Part shown: in pieces, positions 45,401 through 54,792 of the stretch
How positions within the stretch are numbered: position 1 is the stretch's first letter
Layout: each line of letters begins with the position of its first letter
From: a virus
Virus record (IMG/VR): IMGVR_UViG_3300045988_120248
Span: 32,001-96,000 of that record
Strand: one strand, 5' to 3'
Length of the DNA: 64,000 nucleotides
The notes under the pieces: generated by a model
Databases searched by the model: none
Told to the model about the DNA's origin: nothing
Seen by the model: the letters and a program-made list of their open reading frames with translations, nothing else
Position numbers and translations under genes: made by a program

Positions 45401-47536
45401 GAAAACGGCAAACTCGATGTATCAGAGAAAAAACTGCGTGACCTCGTAGAAGCAATTTTAGACGATGTTGACGCGACGAATGACCTCATCGGTGTCACAA
45501 AAAAGTCCAGCGGAGCAATGGGGAGCTTCGTCACCGGCCTGAAAAATGCAGCGAAGCAGTCCGGCGTAACAGACGATGCTATAGATGGTGTTGTTGCACA
45601 GATGATTATCTTCAACAACACTGCGCTGTCTGTTTCAGACAAAATCGCCGCCCTTCAAGCCCTTGCATTGCAAGCTGGGGTCACGCAATCTGCGATTGCC
45701 GGCATTAGCCTGAACAACATCGGCCGAGACGCGGGAATGACTGCCGAGGAAGCCCAGAAAAAATACGGCATGTCTGCGACAGAAGCGCAGCGATATGTCA
45801 AGAGCCAAGCGGAAAAAGCCAAAAACAACGATCAGGCACTGATTGACTATTGGAATTCTCTCGCCTCGAAAATCCCGGAAACAAAGCCTTCTTCCGGTGG
45901 CGGCGGCAGCTCATCCGACGCGAATCTCGACGCACACAAGCAGAAAGTCGAGCTGTTGAAATCCGAGCTGACTTTGCTGGAAAAGCAGAATGCCAGCGAG
46001 GATTCGCAGAAGGACAAAATGCGGCAAATCCAGCAGGCGCTCCATGCGCAGGCGCAGTATCTGCGTTCCATCGGCGGCAGCCAGTCGGATATCAACGCGC
46101 TTTCTGCCGAATGGTGGGAGTGGCAGGAGAAAATAAACGGGACACTCAAGAACACGGATGATCTGCTGAACGAGCTGCAAGGTGTTATGTCGGATAAGCT
46201 TTCCGACCTCTCTGACCAGCGGCAAAATGAGCTGGATGCCATCGACGCGCAGATTGATGCGCTCAAACAGCAGAAGGACACCCGCGACGAGCAGCTTGAC
46301 CTCGAAGAAAAAATCCTCGCTGTCCAGCAGGCACAGGCCAAGCTTGCCAATGCGCAGAATGAGCGCACGGTTCGGCAGTATAACGCCCGCACTGGCCAAT
46401 GGGAATGGGTGGCCGACCAGAAGGAAGTTGACAGCGCACAGAAAGCCTTGGATGAGGCTAAAAAAGACCTTGAGGACTTCAAGGCAAACATGGCTTACGA
46501 AGCTGCACTGGCCGAACTGGAAGCCAAGAAAGACGCAATAAACGCCCAGTATGACGCGCTTGAAAGAAGCTACAACAATTTCCTGAAATCTCTCAAGGAA
46601 AAAACTCGCGGCATCGGTGAAATTTTGCAGGATATCTGGAAAAACGCCACGCCAGAACTCCGTCAGATCATTCAGGAAAACGCAGAGCTTTTCAAACAGT
46701 TCGGATTCGATGTGTCGCAGCTTTCCGACGCCGTAAATGACACTGCCAAGAAATTGTATGGTATCTCCAAGAATGGAGATAGGTACGAAATCGGCAGCGA
46801 TAAGGGCTTGGATTTCATCAACAATAAGCCTGCAGGTTCTACAATGACAGGCGGTGACGGTTCTACATGGACGAAGAACGCGGACGGAACAGTCACAATC
46901 GTTGATAAGGACGGCGTTACCTACACGGTATACCCGAACGGCGGTTCTGGTGGAACAGAAGATTCTACCGGTGGCTCGGCTTCTGGCTCAAAATACAGTG
47001 GCACCGTCTTTGCGAAACGATTGGACGGAAAGGGCGAAGACTACAAGATTTCCAGCGCGAACGGCCTGTACTTCCTGAACAATGCAATCGCCGGTGAGAA
47101 AATGGACGGTGGCGATGGTTCCCATTGGGTGAAGAACGAGGACGGAACAACATCCATCACAGACAAGTATGGCATCGCATACAAGGTCTACGACCAAGGC
47201 GGTATCCTGCACGGCATGGGTGGCATCAAGGCCACGATGCAGGACGAAGGAATTACCCCACCGGATGTAACGGCGCTGCTCAGAAAGCGGCTGTTGAAAC
47301 CCATTGAGGACAAGACATTCGGCCAGAACATGGATCAGATCAGATGGATGATGGCAAGCAACGGAGCAAATTCCAATGCTGTTCATAATGCTTCCTATGA
47401 TAACCACAGCATTGGCACGCAGAACAACGGAAATGTCTACAAGTTTAACGGTATAACAATCAACGAGCCGCAAGCAAGCTCAATGACGTTAAAACGTTTC
47501 GCAGATATTGCACACAATCTTGGAAACTTTAGCTAA
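42500..47536 (+). CDS. Tail tape measure protein
   Basis: 1678 aa of long coiled coils. It has the core block IQKMAEGFPIVANVASMANMSIDELMAALGTITAVTQESGTKASTALRALILNI, hydrophobic segments and a Gly-rich C-terminal part. Confidence 0.85.
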   Translation: MAEIITLTVKQVGVSDASNALRDILKTINTINSTPVKITVDASGLDAIKRFNTAVQTVTQSADGLSGKFTRIWAGAADGAPTRTIETVNEGLGRTTEIIRTLDEETQQYTTVQTKATTNYDEMAKAAQKAAEKAEKAAKEQAKETENAASKVDTLRKGFADLGLQMKSAAEKYPTGTFSEIESDAKQASAALEDLYSSWKSGTISDQEFVAGVKDASGSLKNLRANYAQTRNETDKLTNSTNVLGDTFSHIVGKITVWQVVNAAVAKVKRSFTEAIDTMKQVDTEMTAIQKVTGNTAAEMEKLGDAAYEAASKYGVAVTDYLESVGTFAKAGYKDMSEDMAELATKTQLVGDVTSDIANQFLLSADAAFKFEGNVTALNTVLDKANEIENNYATSIQKMAEGFPIVANVASMANMSIDELMAALGTITAVTQESGTKASTALRALILNIIGDTETEIEDGVSWTKEEINSLNDALWIYAEDAMKAAQESGKIVDPMKAIAALSQAYKDGLLSQAELAELESKLGGKLRTNQLDALITNYDMYAEMLDKVANSAGSADKEVEIMLTSWDAKAKILNNTWTKFIADTVDTKWAKGLLDMLTWLIEGFGNLGNAILIVAGILATIKMPSIISTFSKFGAGISALAQKFVLLTTNTTAYKLVTDATVTSVSAMQAAMGALTAVIAIVTVAYNKIKAAQEETRQAAIDAGEASTTEAKEIVSLYQNYEDLRKAVEDGTGSKTEFIDASDRLIDKLGIEKSSVYDLKKELGGLSGAYKEATAAKIESALYDAKSATAAAEKGLRTAAEKAWGSMLADSGNLKDPSSILADYQSWIDARNKMIDEGDTSSIAYKEAERVISAYKQAVEEYNKAVEDQTYLEGAHKAALDGTLDSYLKSEEAVNDYSDALDNAAETEKTTVETLQEYAKTLKQQESDLTTASQALAEYQQNGRVSASTMKSLISMSDQYVNALTDENGKLDVSEKKLRDLVEAILDDVDATNDLIGVTKKSSGAMGSFVTGLKNAAKQSGVTDDAIDGVVAQMIIFNNTALSVSDKIAALQALALQAGVTQSAIAGISLNNIGRDAGMTAEEAQKKYGMSATEAQRYVKSQAEKAKNNDQALIDYWNSLASKIPETKPSSGGGGSSSDANLDAHKQKVELLKSELTLLEKQNASEDSQKDKMRQIQQALHAQAQYLRSIGGSQSDINALSAEWWEWQEKINGTLKNTDDLLNELQGVMSDKLSDLSDQRQNELDAIDAQIDALKQQKDTRDEQLDLEEKILAVQQAQAKLANAQNERTVRQYNARTGQWEWVADQKEVDSAQKALDEAKKDLEDFKANMAYEAALAELEAKKDAINAQYDALERSYNNFLKSLKEKTRGIGEILQDIWKNATPELRQIIQENAELFKQFGFDVSQLSDAVNDTAKKLYGISKNGDRYEIGSDKGLDFINNKPAGSTMTGGDGSTWTKNADGTVTIVDKDGVTYTVYPNGGSGGTEDSTGGSASGSKYSGTVFAKRLDGKGEDYKISSANGLYFLNNAIAGEKMDGGDGSHWVKNEDGTTSITDKYGIAYKVYDQGGILHGMGGIKATMQDEGITPPDVTALLRKRLLKPIEDKTFGQNMDQIRWMMASNGANSNAVHNASYDNHSIGTQNNGNVYKFNGITINEPQASSMTLKRFADIAHNLGNFS

Positions 47537-47559
47537 CACGAAGATACGGAGGAAATAAT

Positions 47560-50500
47560 ATGCTGTATCAGCCGACGAATATCTATCCCAGCATGACAGG
47601 CGCTCTCGGAAACGGCGTAATTGATGCAAACAATAGTCTTCCCGTGAGCTGGCAGGTCAACGGCAATTCTCCAATGACCGCATATCAAATCACAATTTAT
47701 GCGAATAATACTGCGTCTACGCAACTGTTTTCCACGGGAAAACTGACGAACGGATGCCCGTTTTATGGAGTCAACTATGCTGGAGAGCCCCAATTCTTCT
47801 CTCATACAATAACAGCAGAACAGCTCTCCACAGCACGAATTGTGAACGGGCTTGACTACAAGATTGTCATCCAGCAGTGGTGGAATGACACGGACTCTGT
47901 TACACAGTCCAGCGCAAGCGTGTTTCAGGCAAGGACTGCTCCGTCCATCCAAATCGGCGCAATCCCGACACCGTTGGCAACAAGATCGTTCACGTTTAGC
48001 GCGTCTTATTACCAAAAGGAAAACGAACCGCTGAATTGGGCAAGATGGGAAATTTCCTCGGTGGAGAATGGAGAACACTCTATCATAAAAGATACGGGTA
48101 AGATCTATGGAGTATCGGAGTTGCTTCTTCCGTATGACGGATTCCTGACAGGACGCACCTATGCAGTAAGGTTATCCATTCAGACGGAGAGCGGAGTCGA
48201 CGTTACGACTGGATGGGAAGACTTTAACGTCAATTATACAGTAACCCCTATAACCGGTGAGCTTTCTGTGTGTCAAGCAAACAAGGCGCACGGAATTGCA
48301 ATCACTGCGCCGCAGATAAACAATATTCCAGCGACTAACACGGAAGGGGTTTATGTAAATGGCAGCAATATGGTGATTCCGCAAATTGTTTCATCTGAGG
48401 TGACATGGAAAAGCAAAAATGGTGAGCCATTATCCATAAAACCGCCGTTTGATTTGCTCTGGGATGGCGATGGATACTCCGCTGGTGACGTCTTAACCAT
48501 TAGCGGAACGGCAAGCTCATACGGATTCCAACCGAGTGAAGCATTCACGGGGGGGAGTGTAGGCGCTTATGGAAACGAGTATTGGTGCTGCTATGGCGGC
48601 GGAAAATACGTTGCAATCTTCTACGATGGAACAGTCAGGTATAGCACGGACTTCGTGACCTGGAATTCCTCGAAAATTCAGCTTGCCAATAATACCGGAT
48701 GGTGTGGAGTCGCTTACGGAAACAACACGTATGTGGCGATTTCCTACACTACAAAGTGTGTGGCGTATTCAACTGATGCGGCTTCGTGGACCGTTACAAC
48801 AAATGTGCCAAGTCAATTCATGTCCTTGATTTTCGCCGCTGGTAAATTTGTTGCAGGTGGAGAGGGACTCATCGCATATTCAACGGATGGAATTTCGTGG
48901 ACAACTGCAAACGCACCTGTTAGCAGCACAGAAGAAGTTACTGCAATCGCGTATGGAGGCGGAAACCCTTACGCAAGCAAATATATAGCATCGACTACAT
49001 CTGGCGCGATATACTATTCCACCAATGGAACAGAGTGGGTGAAGGGAAACGATACACTCCCCTTTTGGACTGGCTCTATTTGCTTTGGCGCTGCCACGGT
49101 CGGCGGATACAGAGAAGGATTCGTTGCAGTTTTCAACAGAGATGATACTATCGCTGTAAGCGCAGACGGTGTGAACTGGGAGACAAAAGGTATACATGCA
49201 CCCGGAAATCTTTATAGCATACATGCCTCGTGGAATCAGAATGACGGTTTCAAAATAGTTGCGGCTGGCGATGGATGTGTAATCTACAGCTCCGATTTGG
49301 GCGAGACATGGACATCCTTGAATAATGAGCCGTTTGCTGATTCGTCTGTTTATGTGTTTGAAGGAAACGGCGATGCCTTTGTTATAGCAGCCAGAACGGA
49401 CGGCGTTTATTCTACAGCAATGGCGTCGCAAGTTGCGCAGCCGACGGATATGGTTATCAATTTCTCGAGCGATATTTCCATTCGAACCAGAACCTCGGTG
49501 CTTCCAAGTGAAATCCAATGGAAGGATTGCGTATATGGCGATGGCGTTTATGTCGCTGTTGCATCCTATTCGGAAACAGCTCAGACAACGGCATTCGCCG
49601 CTACATCTGGAACCCTGACAGAGTGGACTTCAAGCCCACTTCCGAGTGGATACTGGAAAAGCATAAGTTACGGAAACGGTCAAGTTATTGCTGTCGGTAC
49701 GAGTGTTGAAGATTCAAAGCCTATTGCGGCGTACTCCCTTGACAAAGGAACGTCGTGGACGGTTGTTTCCATCGCGTGCGAGAATCCAAACTGCATAAGG
49801 TTCCTAAATGGAAACTTTTATATTGCGGGAAACGGCATTTACAGATCTCCAAACTGGGTTGATTGGGAAAAATGCACGCTGGAACAGTACCAAAACTATC
49901 CGCTGATGTCCTTGGCATATGGAAATGGAACCTATGTGTGTGTCACAACATACGAGTCTTATTACTCATACGACGGGATCTCATGGTCAAAGAGCCAAAC
50001 GTATAAAGATTGGTGGAGATGTGTTGCTTTCGGAAATGGTCTGTTTATTGCCGGCGGAATTGGAGGCACAACTTCGTATAGCAAAGACGGAATTACATGG
50101 GAGGAAACGCCTGGGACAAGGCCCGGAGATATTAGCTGGAACTGCCTTTGCTATGGAGCCAACCGGTTTGTCGCACTTTCTGGATACTTCGTTTACATGT
50201 CAATCGACGGAACTGATTGGGATCTTATTCAAAATATTCCTGCCAACGGGGCATGCTGCTTTGGAAACGGGACATTTGTGTTTTTCGGTGACGACACAAC
50301 GCTTTCAGAAACATACGGCCGTACTGCAAATGTTTTTGCTCGCTTGAATGGGGGGAATGTCGCGAAAGTCCCAATAGATGCGCCGAAGAAAATCCGGATG
50401 TCTACTTATGGTGAGCTCAGAAGCTTCGGCCTCGCTACGTCAGTGGACGGTATATCTACGGAAAAGGCGATGAGAGTTTTTGGAATGCCGCAGTTTTCTG

Positions 50501-51363
50501 AAATTACGTCCATTAAGGCGGGGGGCACACAGTCTACGAACTATATTTTCCTGAGTGATGGACATATCAGCTTTGAACAGATGGAAACGTTCAACGATGA
50601 TTGGAGTTACCATCCCTCCGACCTACCAAGCCAATTCTATGCGGACTTTACATCCGACCTCAATGGCGATACTTATGGAGGAACCGTTTTTTCAGAGCTG
50701 TATATTTATCGGTCGGCATTGGGGAACGGCACACTTCAAAGAGTCGCAAAAATAAGCGCGGAAGGTGGAAACAGAATCGTTGATATACGTGCGGCAAACG
50801 GCATACCATACACTTATTACGCGTTTGGCGTGTCTGACGAAGAGACCACGGATGCAATCATAAGCAGACAGATAACTGCGTGCATTTGGGATTGGGCGGT
50901 GATTTCCTGCAAAGCAGACAGCGACGGAGTATTCCACGCGCAAAAGATATTCGCCTTCGGGAAAAATTTCTCCAGTGGAGACATCAGCAACAATAATGCA
51001 CCACAGATTCTCCAAAATTTCACAAGATACCCGACGATTCAGCCACCGCCCTTCAACTACAAGAGTGGTACGCTGACGAGTTTGATCGGAACAATCTCAA
51101 ACGGTTCGTATTCAGATACGCTTGCCGGAAGGGATGACATTTTTGAATTGTCCACGACGAGCAATACAATGTTCCTGAAAAGTCGGAAAGGCGACTTCAT
51201 AAAGATCAGGATCAGCGGCGCGATAGAATGCACCACCATGGACAATTCTCCGACGCAGGCTCAGAACATCAAATTACCATGGGTGGAGATTGGTGATGTG
51301 TCGGATGCGCAAGTTATATGCACTATGGACGATGAAGCATGGCCTTATCAGGATGCGCCGTAA
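47560..51363 (+). CDS. Large distal tail protein carrying about eleven Asp-box/BNR-like repeats
   Basis: First gene after the tape measure. Repeated Y-S-x-D-G-x-x-W units include RYSTDFVTW, AYSTDAASW, AYSTDGISW, YYSTNGTEW, VSADGVNW, IYSSDLGETW, AYSLDKGTSW, YYSYDGISW, SYSKDGITW and MSIDGTDW. Confidence 0.6.
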   Translation: MLYQPTNIYPSMTGALGNGVIDANNSLPVSWQVNGNSPMTAYQITIYANNTASTQLFSTGKLTNGCPFYGVNYAGEPQFFSHTITAEQLSTARIVNGLDYKIVIQQWWNDTDSVTQSSASVFQARTAPSIQIGAIPTPLATRSFTFSASYYQKENEPLNWARWEISSVENGEHSIIKDTGKIYGVSELLLPYDGFLTGRTYAVRLSIQTESGVDVTTGWEDFNVNYTVTPITGELSVCQANKAHGIAITAPQINNIPATNTEGVYVNGSNMVIPQIVSSEVTWKSKNGEPLSIKPPFDLLWDGDGYSAGDVLTISGTASSYGFQPSEAFTGGSVGAYGNEYWCCYGGGKYVAIFYDGTVRYSTDFVTWNSSKIQLANNTGWCGVAYGNNTYVAISYTTKCVAYSTDAASWTVTTNVPSQFMSLIFAAGKFVAGGEGLIAYSTDGISWTTANAPVSSTEEVTAIAYGGGNPYASKYIASTTSGAIYYSTNGTEWVKGNDTLPFWTGSICFGAATVGGYREGFVAVFNRDDTIAVSADGVNWETKGIHAPGNLYSIHASWNQNDGFKIVAAGDGCVIYSSDLGETWTSLNNEPFADSSVYVFEGNGDAFVIAARTDGVYSTAMASQVAQPTDMVINFSSDISIRTRTSVLPSEIQWKDCVYGDGVYVAVASYSETAQTTAFAATSGTLTEWTSSPLPSGYWKSISYGNGQVIAVGTSVEDSKPIAAYSLDKGTSWTVVSIACENPNCIRFLNGNFYIAGNGIYRSPNWVDWEKCTLEQYQNYPLMSLAYGNGTYVCVTTYESYYSYDGISWSKSQTYKDWWRCVAFGNGLFIAGGIGGTTSYSKDGITWEETPGTRPGDISWNCLCYGANRFVALSGYFVYMSIDGTDWDLIQNIPANGACCFGNGTFVFFGDDTTLSETYGRTANVFARLNGGNVAKVPIDAPKKIRMSTYGELRSFGLATSVDGISTEKAMRVFGMPQFSEITSIKAGGTQSTNYIFLSDGHISFEQMETFNDDWSYHPSDLPSQFYADFTSDLNGDTYGGTVFSELYIYRSALGNGTLQRVAKISAEGGNRIVDIRAANGIPYTYYAFGVSDEETTDAIISRQITACIWDWAVISCKADSDGVFHAQKIFAFGKNFSSGDISNNNAPQILQNFTRYPTIQPPPFNYKSGTLTSLIGTISNGSYSDTLAGRDDIFELSTTSNTMFLKSRKGDFIKIRISGAIECTTMDNSPTQAQNIKLPWVEIGDVSDAQVICTMDDEAWPYQDAP

Positions 51364-52718
51364 AACCCCTGCCTTTAGGCATGGGGATATAAGGCGCTCC
51401 AGCTGATGTCAAAAACAATGCGTTCGACCGGGGGAAGCATTGGAAATATGACATAATGTAGCATGAAAGGCGGTGATTTCATGGAATATAGCTATAAGTT
51501 TCGCATCTACCCTACAAAGGAACAGACATTGCAGATTCAGCGTACCTTTGGATGCTGCCGTTTCATCTACAACCACTATCTTGCGGCACGCATTGAGTCC
51601 TATGAGGCGAACCGAACGACGTTCGGCTATAACGCCTGTTCCGCTGATATGACGGTTTTGAAAAAGTCACTTCCATGGCTCACCGAAGTAGACTCCACTG
51701 CGCTTCAATCCTCGCTGAAAGACTTGGATACCGCCTATCAGAACTTCTTTCGTCGAGTGAAATCTGGCGAAAAGCCGGGATTCCCACGATTCAAAAGCAA
51801 ACGTGACCACCGCAAAAGCTACAAGAGCAAAGCCGTGGGCGCGAACATCAAGGTCTTGGACGGCGCGGTTCAACTTCCGAAACTCGGCAAAGTCAAGTGC
51901 CGCATCAGCCGAAAGGTTGAGGGAAGAATCCTCTCCGCGACGGTATCGCAAAACCCAAGCGGCAAATATTTCGTATCACTCTGCTGCACTGACGTTGAAA
52001 TCGAGCCATTGCCGAAGACCGGTGCTGTGATTGGCGTTGATATGGGACTGAAAGCGTTCGCAATCACGTCCGAAGGGACGGAATACCAGAACCCGCGCTA
52101 TTTAGCCAAGAACCAGAAGAAACTTGCCAGACTGCAACGGCAGCTCTCCCGAAAATCAAAGGGGAGCAACCGGCGCGAAAAAGCGAGGATTCAGGTGGCA
52201 CGGCTGCATGAGCATATCGCAAACCAGCGCAGCGACATGATGCACAAACTGTCAACGCAGCTCATCCGCGAGAACGATGCGATCTGCATCGAGGACTTAG
52301 CACCGCAGAACATGGTCAAGAACCATCACCTTGCGAAGTCCATCAGCGACGCATCTTGGGGTGAGTTTCGACGGCAGTTAGAATACAAAGCTACGTGGTA
52401 TGGGAAGAAAGTAATACCAATAGACCGGTTCTTCCCATCCAGTCAGCTATGCTCCTGCTGCGGGTATCGGAATACCGACACGAAGAATCTGGCGGTGCGG
52501 GATTGGACGTGTCCTGAATGTGGGACGCACCATGACCGGGACATCAACGCAGCAAAAAATATTCTAAGCGAGGGATTGCGACTACTGGCCTAGCCCAAAC
52601 ATACGGTAGGGCGGGACACGTCCGAACCTATACGCTCGGGGAGACTGTGTAAGACGCCGCTACGGCGCGACGGTCGTAGAAGCGAGAATCCCCCGGCTTT
52701 AGCCGTGGGGATTGTCAA
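51349..52718 (+). mobile_element. TnpA-less IS200/IS605-family (IS1341-like) element carrying tnpB
   Basis: The right end closes with the hairpin ATCCCCCGGCTTTAGCCGTGGGGAT and then TGTCAA (TCAA at 52715-52718). The left boundary is inferred after TTAT (51345-51348) and could instead be about 51364. A subterminal hairpin CCCCTGCCTTTAGGCATGGGG is present. Confidence 0.6.
51481..52593 (+). CDS. tnpB: TnpB RNA-guided nuclease (IS605 OrfB family)
   Basis: [16 protein letters not shown]-terminus; RuvC blocks [15 protein letters not shown] and [11 protein letters not shown]; zinc finger CSCCG...CPECG. Confidence 0.9.
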   Translation: MEYSYKFRIYPTKEQTLQIQRTFGCCRFIYNHYLAARIESYEANRTTFGYNACSADMTVLKKSLPWLTEVDSTALQSSLKDLDTAYQNFFRRVKSGEKPGFPRFKSKRDHRKSYKSKAVGANIKVLDGAVQLPKLGKVKCRISRKVEGRILSATVSQNPSGKYFVSLCCTDVEIEPLPKTGAVIGVDMGLKAFAITSEGTEYQNPRYLAKNQKKLARLQRQLSRKSKGSNRREKARIQVARLHEHIANQRSDMMHKLSTQLIRENDAICIEDLAPQNMVKNHHLAKSISDASWGEFRRQLEYKATWYGKKVIPIDRFFPSSQLCSCCGYRNTDTKNLAVRDWTCPECGTHHDRDINAAKNILSEGLRLLA

Positions 52719-52738
52719 TGAGAAAGGTGGGAGAATAG
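52560..52738 (+). ncRNA. Predicted omega-RNA (reRNA) of TnpB-1: scaffold to 52718 plus a guide of about 20 nt
   Basis: The tnpB 3' end and right end align base-for-base with the second copy (CTAGCC.AAACATACGGTAGGGCGGGACACG.CCGAACCTATACGCTCG.GGAGAC...GAGAATCCCC). The guide would be TGAGAAAGGTGGGAGAATAG. The 5' limit is not determinable by eye. Confidence 0.5.
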
Positions 52739-54019
52739 GTGGCAACAACTCCTTTGGCTATAAGCACGCATGCTTGGAGGACTAATGACTATATCGCGCA
52801 GCTTCGGACTCCGTTTACAAAACTATGCCGGCTTCGCTTCCTGCAGCCTGACGGAAGCACTGCATTTGCAGTTGACAACAATCCACTGAATAAACACAGT
52901 GGGACTTTTATCCAAGAAGGAAACATTACATGCAATCTGCAAAACGGGCAGCGGAGAACTGCAAGTGTAACGCTTTCTAACATCGACTCGGAATATGACT
53001 ACAACATCAATAACGTATGGTTTGGACAGCAGATCGCGATTGATGAAGGGCTGGTTCTCTCTGACGGTTCAGAGTATTACATCCAGCAAGGCGTGTTTTA
53101 TATCGCCGACCCACAGGAAACGTTAAATCCAAATCTGCGGACCATGACATACCCACTTGCTGATAAGTGGTCATACCTTGACGGAAGCCTGTTTGGCAGA
53201 CTCGAATCTACCTATGAGGTTCCAGCTGGCACAAACATATTTGCGCCGATATCAGCAATCTTGCAGCTCGACAGGGGAAATGGGAAACTGGTAGATTACG
53301 TGAAACCCGTATTCACAAACTACTACAATGGGATGTCGCAGACACTCCCTGACGGTACATCTGCTTTACTGACGGCGGCTCCGTATACGCTGCGGGTCGA
53401 CAGCGATGATGGAACATATGCTGATGTCGTTCTAGGAATGGCTGAAATGCTGAATGCTTGGGTTGGATACGACCAAACGGGTTCGCTGCGGGTAGACCCT
53501 TCACAGGATGATATCGTTGACACAAACAAGCCTGTCTTATGGCGGTTCTCCACGGAGGAGGCGCAACTGCTCGGAGCAACCTACACAATAAAGAACACGG
53601 AAGTCTTCAACGACTACATTGTCCTTGGCGAGCAAACAGACGATAACCCGCAGGCCGCAGGGAGAGCGCAAAATCTCGACCCAAGCAGTGATACAAACGT
53701 CAATATCATTGGGCGGAAAACGTATCGTGAAACTGCATCTGGATATTATACGTCGACACAGTGCCGCGATTTGGCAGAGTGGAAGTTGAAACGTGCGACG
53801 GTTCTACAAAAGGCAGTATCAATTTCATGCATACAGATGATGCACATATTTGAGAACAATCTTGTTGAAGTCGTCCGCACGGATAAGCCGGGTTCCCCAG
53901 TAGAACGGCATCTGATTCAAGGCTACACTAGGCCGCTTGCAACTAACGGAGCAATGACAATCAATGCCGTGTCCGTGGCGGATTTCCCAGTTGCAACGAT
54001 TACAAGCTGGCCGGAATGA
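52739..54019 (+). CDS. Tail/baseplate protein (Tal-like position), GTG start
   Basis: 426 aa. AAAGGTGGGA lies about 8 nt before GTG 52739. Confidence 0.5.
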   Translation: MATTPLAISTHAWRTNDYIAQLRTPFTKLCRLRFLQPDGSTAFAVDNNPLNKHSGTFIQEGNITCNLQNGQRRTASVTLSNIDSEYDYNINNVWFGQQIAIDEGLVLSDGSEYYIQQGVFYIADPQETLNPNLRTMTYPLADKWSYLDGSLFGRLESTYEVPAGTNIFAPISAILQLDRGNGKLVDYVKPVFTNYYNGMSQTLPDGTSALLTAAPYTLRVDSDDGTYADVVLGMAEMLNAWVGYDQTGSLRVDPSQDDIVDTNKPVLWRFSTEEAQLLGATYTIKNTEVFNDYIVLGEQTDDNPQAAGRAQNLDPSSDTNVNIIGRKTYRETASGYYTSTQCRDLAEWKLKRATVLQKAVSISCIQMMHIFENNLVEVVRTDKPGSPVERHLIQGYTRPLATNGAMTINAVSVADFPVATITSWPE

Positions 54020-54037
54020 GAAAGGGGGTGCATATAG

Positions 54038-54214
54038 ATGGCGGAGAAAAAAGCTTCTCAGTATGTCCTCAAACTCAAAACGGGAGAAACATTTCATGTG
54101 ATTGGGGAGACCGCGCGGTATTGGCTGTGCAAGGGAACTCAATTCAAGAAGACAAGCCGACAAGTGGAGAGCGTCAAGCGGCGCACGACAAGAAAGGACA
54201 CAGACGATGATTGA
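54038..54214 (+). CDS. Small basic protein
   Basis: 58-codon ORF read by hand (MAEKKASQYVLKLKTGETFHVIGETARYWLCKG...KDTDDD*) with AAAGGGGG upstream. It is below the ORF-track length cut-off. Confidence 0.35.
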   Translation: MAEKKASQYVLKLKTGETFHVIGETARYWLCKGTQFKKTSRQVESVKRRTTRKDTDDD

Positions 54215-54377
54215 CAAATGGTTGATTCGCAGATGGCTTGACGCTATCAGAAATGATACGAAATCGTGCAAAGCTTCCATTGAATCTGCATACGGAATCA
54301 GCGCCTGCATCCACTTCTTCTGTGGCAAGTGGATTCCACCCCCCATTGCAAAAAAACAGAATTATTTCCTGCGCTGA
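54207..54377 (+). CDS. Small hypothetical protein
   Basis: ATG 54207 overlaps the upstream stop region. Product begins MIDKWLIRRWLDAIRNDTKSCKASIE... Confidence 0.3.
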   Translation: MIDKWLIRRWLDAIRNDTKSCKASIESAYGISACIHFFCGKWIPPPIAKKQNYFLR

Positions 54378-54440
54378 AAGAGCGGTGCGGAAGAGCCGAA
54401 GAGGGCTGTGAGCGAAGCGAAAGAGGGCTACGTTCACTGC
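54369..54440 (+). repeat. Conserved hairpin + terminator-like module, copy 3 of 3
   Basis: Hairpin CTGCGCTG-AAAGAG-CGGTGCGG (54369-54390) overlaps the TGA at 54375-54377. The linker AAGAGCCGAAGAGGGCT is identical to copy 1. A diverged hairpin (GTGAGCG...CGTTCAC) and a pyrimidine/T-rich tract follow. Confidence 0.6.
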
Positions 54441-54485
54441 TCTCTTTCTCTTTGCTTATACAGAAAAAACGATTGGAGAAAAACA

Positions 54486-54791
54486 ATGGATATTTTTAAA
54501 GACATCGTGACCGTCTTCGGTGGTATTACTACGATTGGCGCTGTACTGGTGATCCTTGTCCGGCCAATCCGAGAGTGGGTCATGGGAGATAGCGCAATCA
54601 AAGCTGGGATGAAGTGTCAGCTTCGTTCGGACATGCTGCACACTTATTATAAGAACAAGGATGCACAGAAAATCCGGCAGTATGAAGCCGAGAACTTTGA
54701 GTATTCGTACAAAGCCTACAAAGCCTTGAAGGGAAATTCATTCATCGACAAAATCAAGAAGGAAGTGGACGAGTGGGAAGTGGTGACGTGA
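54486..54791 (+). CDS. Membrane protein with one N-terminal TM helix (lysis-cassette associated)
   Basis: FGGITTIGAVLVILV helix; TTGGAGAAAAACA precedes the ATG. Confidence 0.45.
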   Translation: MDIFKDIVTVFGGITTIGAVLVILVRPIREWVMGDSAIKAGMKCQLRSDMLHTYYKNKDAQKIRQYEAENFEYSYKAYKALKGNSFIDKIKKEVDEWEVVT

Positions 54792-54792
54792 C

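Noticed and set aside
25120-54440. Whether the three repeated modules could be a CRISPR array or MITE copies
   Set aside because: The copies are about 14 kb apart, each sits in a gene gap, and they lack short regular spacers, so this is not CRISPR. I saw no terminal inverted repeats or target-site duplications, so I do not call them MITEs. They are kept as an RNA-motif finding instead.
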